A DNA stretch of 64,000 bases from Anolis carolinensis. Its lineage: Eukaryota. Shown here one piece after another: positions 62,839-64,000 of this stretch. A program made the position numbers and the translations under genes. Numbering within the stretch: position 1 is the stretch's first letter; every line of letters starts with the position of its first letter. The notes beneath the pieces are model-generated. The model saw only the letters and a program-made list of their open reading frames with translations, was not told the DNA's origin and did not search any database. The stretch spans positions 12,539,923-12,603,922 of the forward strand of contig NC_085844.1 of the NCBI RefSeq assembly GCF_035594765.1, read 5' to 3'.

Positions 62839-64000
62839 CTTGCAAGCGGTGTAGGAGGTCAGGAGGACTTCGAGGAGGTCGGGATGCCATCTTCACCAGG
62901 CGCCTCCTAGTGACCACAGCTAGGTCCAGCCCTTCCACCCGGGAGGAGGTCCAAGGGGTAGAGGATGCCTCAAGACAGCAAAGAAAAGAGATCACGTGTC
63001 CCATCCCCACTCCCCTTCCCCCAAGACCCTAAGAGTGGAGGGTTAGTTTTATAAGGAAGAAAAAAAAGAGGGAAAAAAATGGGAAATAAATCATTCATAC
63101 CTTTTGGGACGTTTTCAATACTGAAGGTTCCTCTGGCACCCTCGCAGCCATGTTTGGGCTCCCCACTCGCGCCTGACCCAGCGACCAACAGTGAGGGTCC
63201 TGTTCGTGGCTCCATGGGGACACACTTTTAGCCTCTGCCACCTCTTCTCAGGTGAGGGGGGGTCGCCCTTACCTGCCAGCCTTCTCCTGGTCTCGTGGGG
63301 GCGCCCTTTCCTCCCTGCATTAGAAGGGGGATGTTCTTCTGCTCAGGGTCAGCCTTACGACCCCTGCCAGGGGTTGGAGCCAGCTTGTGGGTGGGGGCCT
63401 CATCACCGTGATGGCACCCCACTGGTTGCTCTCGCCTTATCTGAGCTGGGTTTCTCAGAGTCCCTTTATAGCCACAGGAGCGGATGATGGTCCTGGTAGT
63501 CCAGGTCGGAGTGGAGTGCCTTCCATGTGGGGTGCCAGGATCCCCATTCTACAACTCCCAACGGTCCCTTTTATACTGAGAGAGTGTTAGTAAAATCCCT
63601 AACCCATTGTATACACAGTCATTCAAGAAATAGCAAACAAGAGGGAGAGAGAGAGAGACAGAAAGGATAGCTCAAGGAAGAAAACCATGAGGAAGAGGAA
63701 CAAAGCTTGGTTCCCCACATTTACAAAGCTCCAAAGTCAGGGCAACAAACAAAGAATACTACTCAGAGAACAGGGAAGCCCCAGGCAGGACTCAGCCAGT
63801 CTCTGAAGATGGAAGGTTTTCCAAAGATACACAATATCCCCCAGAGAGAAGGGGGGGCTGAGAGGGAGATTCAAAAAGGGGAGGGGTTTTGCAGGGTTGC
63901 CCAAAGGGATTGGGTGAAGAAAAAAGAAAAAGGGAAAGGAGTCTTTGAGGACACAGGATCCTTTAGTTTGAGCAAATTTCAAGGTGTGACCTGATGATTT

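Larger units (their letters stand above)
60112..64000 (-). mobile_element. 3' end of an unclassified LTR element (ERV-like); runs off the window end
   Basis: Abrupt switch to CpG-rich sequence at TGTTG (minus strand ends ...GACAACA, no PBS after it). Minus-strand order is promoter elements, TATAAAT (60367-60361), AATAAA (60284-60279), then about 150 nt of U5. The U3 boundary/PPT is not securely identified. Confidence 0.6.

Noticed and set aside
62830-62892. WHPD...ACKVL resembling a J-domain or polyomavirus T antigen
   Set aside because: Spacing after HPD is too short, there are stops immediately upstream, and no helix I/II similarity.
39341-64000. ZFAT terminal exon and miR-30b/d
   Set aside because: I did not see a VTEEE..HTVMIQE-like peptide or a TGTAAACATCC seed; presumably outside the window.

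Overview
Eukaryotic (squamate, Anolis-like by repeat content) genomic DNA. The + strand carries eight consecutive 3' coding exons of ZFAT (C2H2 zinc fingers and C-terminal region, 9874-39340) whose splice phases join exactly; the upstream exons and the terminal exon were not found in the window. The introns are full of transposable elements: the 5' part of a young, apparently intact antisense L1 (1-4403), Gypsy/chromovirus LTRs plus a chromodomain remnant nested in an L2, Vingi, R4/Dong, L2, CR1 and RTE fragments, SINEs, hAT and Tc1/pogo MITEs and a Helitron-like piece. The most unusual region is 60112-64000. It looks like the 3' end of an LTR-bounded element on the minus strand, with a cell-cycle-type promoter (E2F/CHR plus CCAAT boxes 33 bp apart), compact 72-136 nt introns, a spliced ORF candidate with a Tat/Rev-like arginine-rich motif, and several hairpins and palindromes. 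This resembles the accessory region of a complex retrovirus, but no gag/pol/env is visible here, so the assignment is inference.
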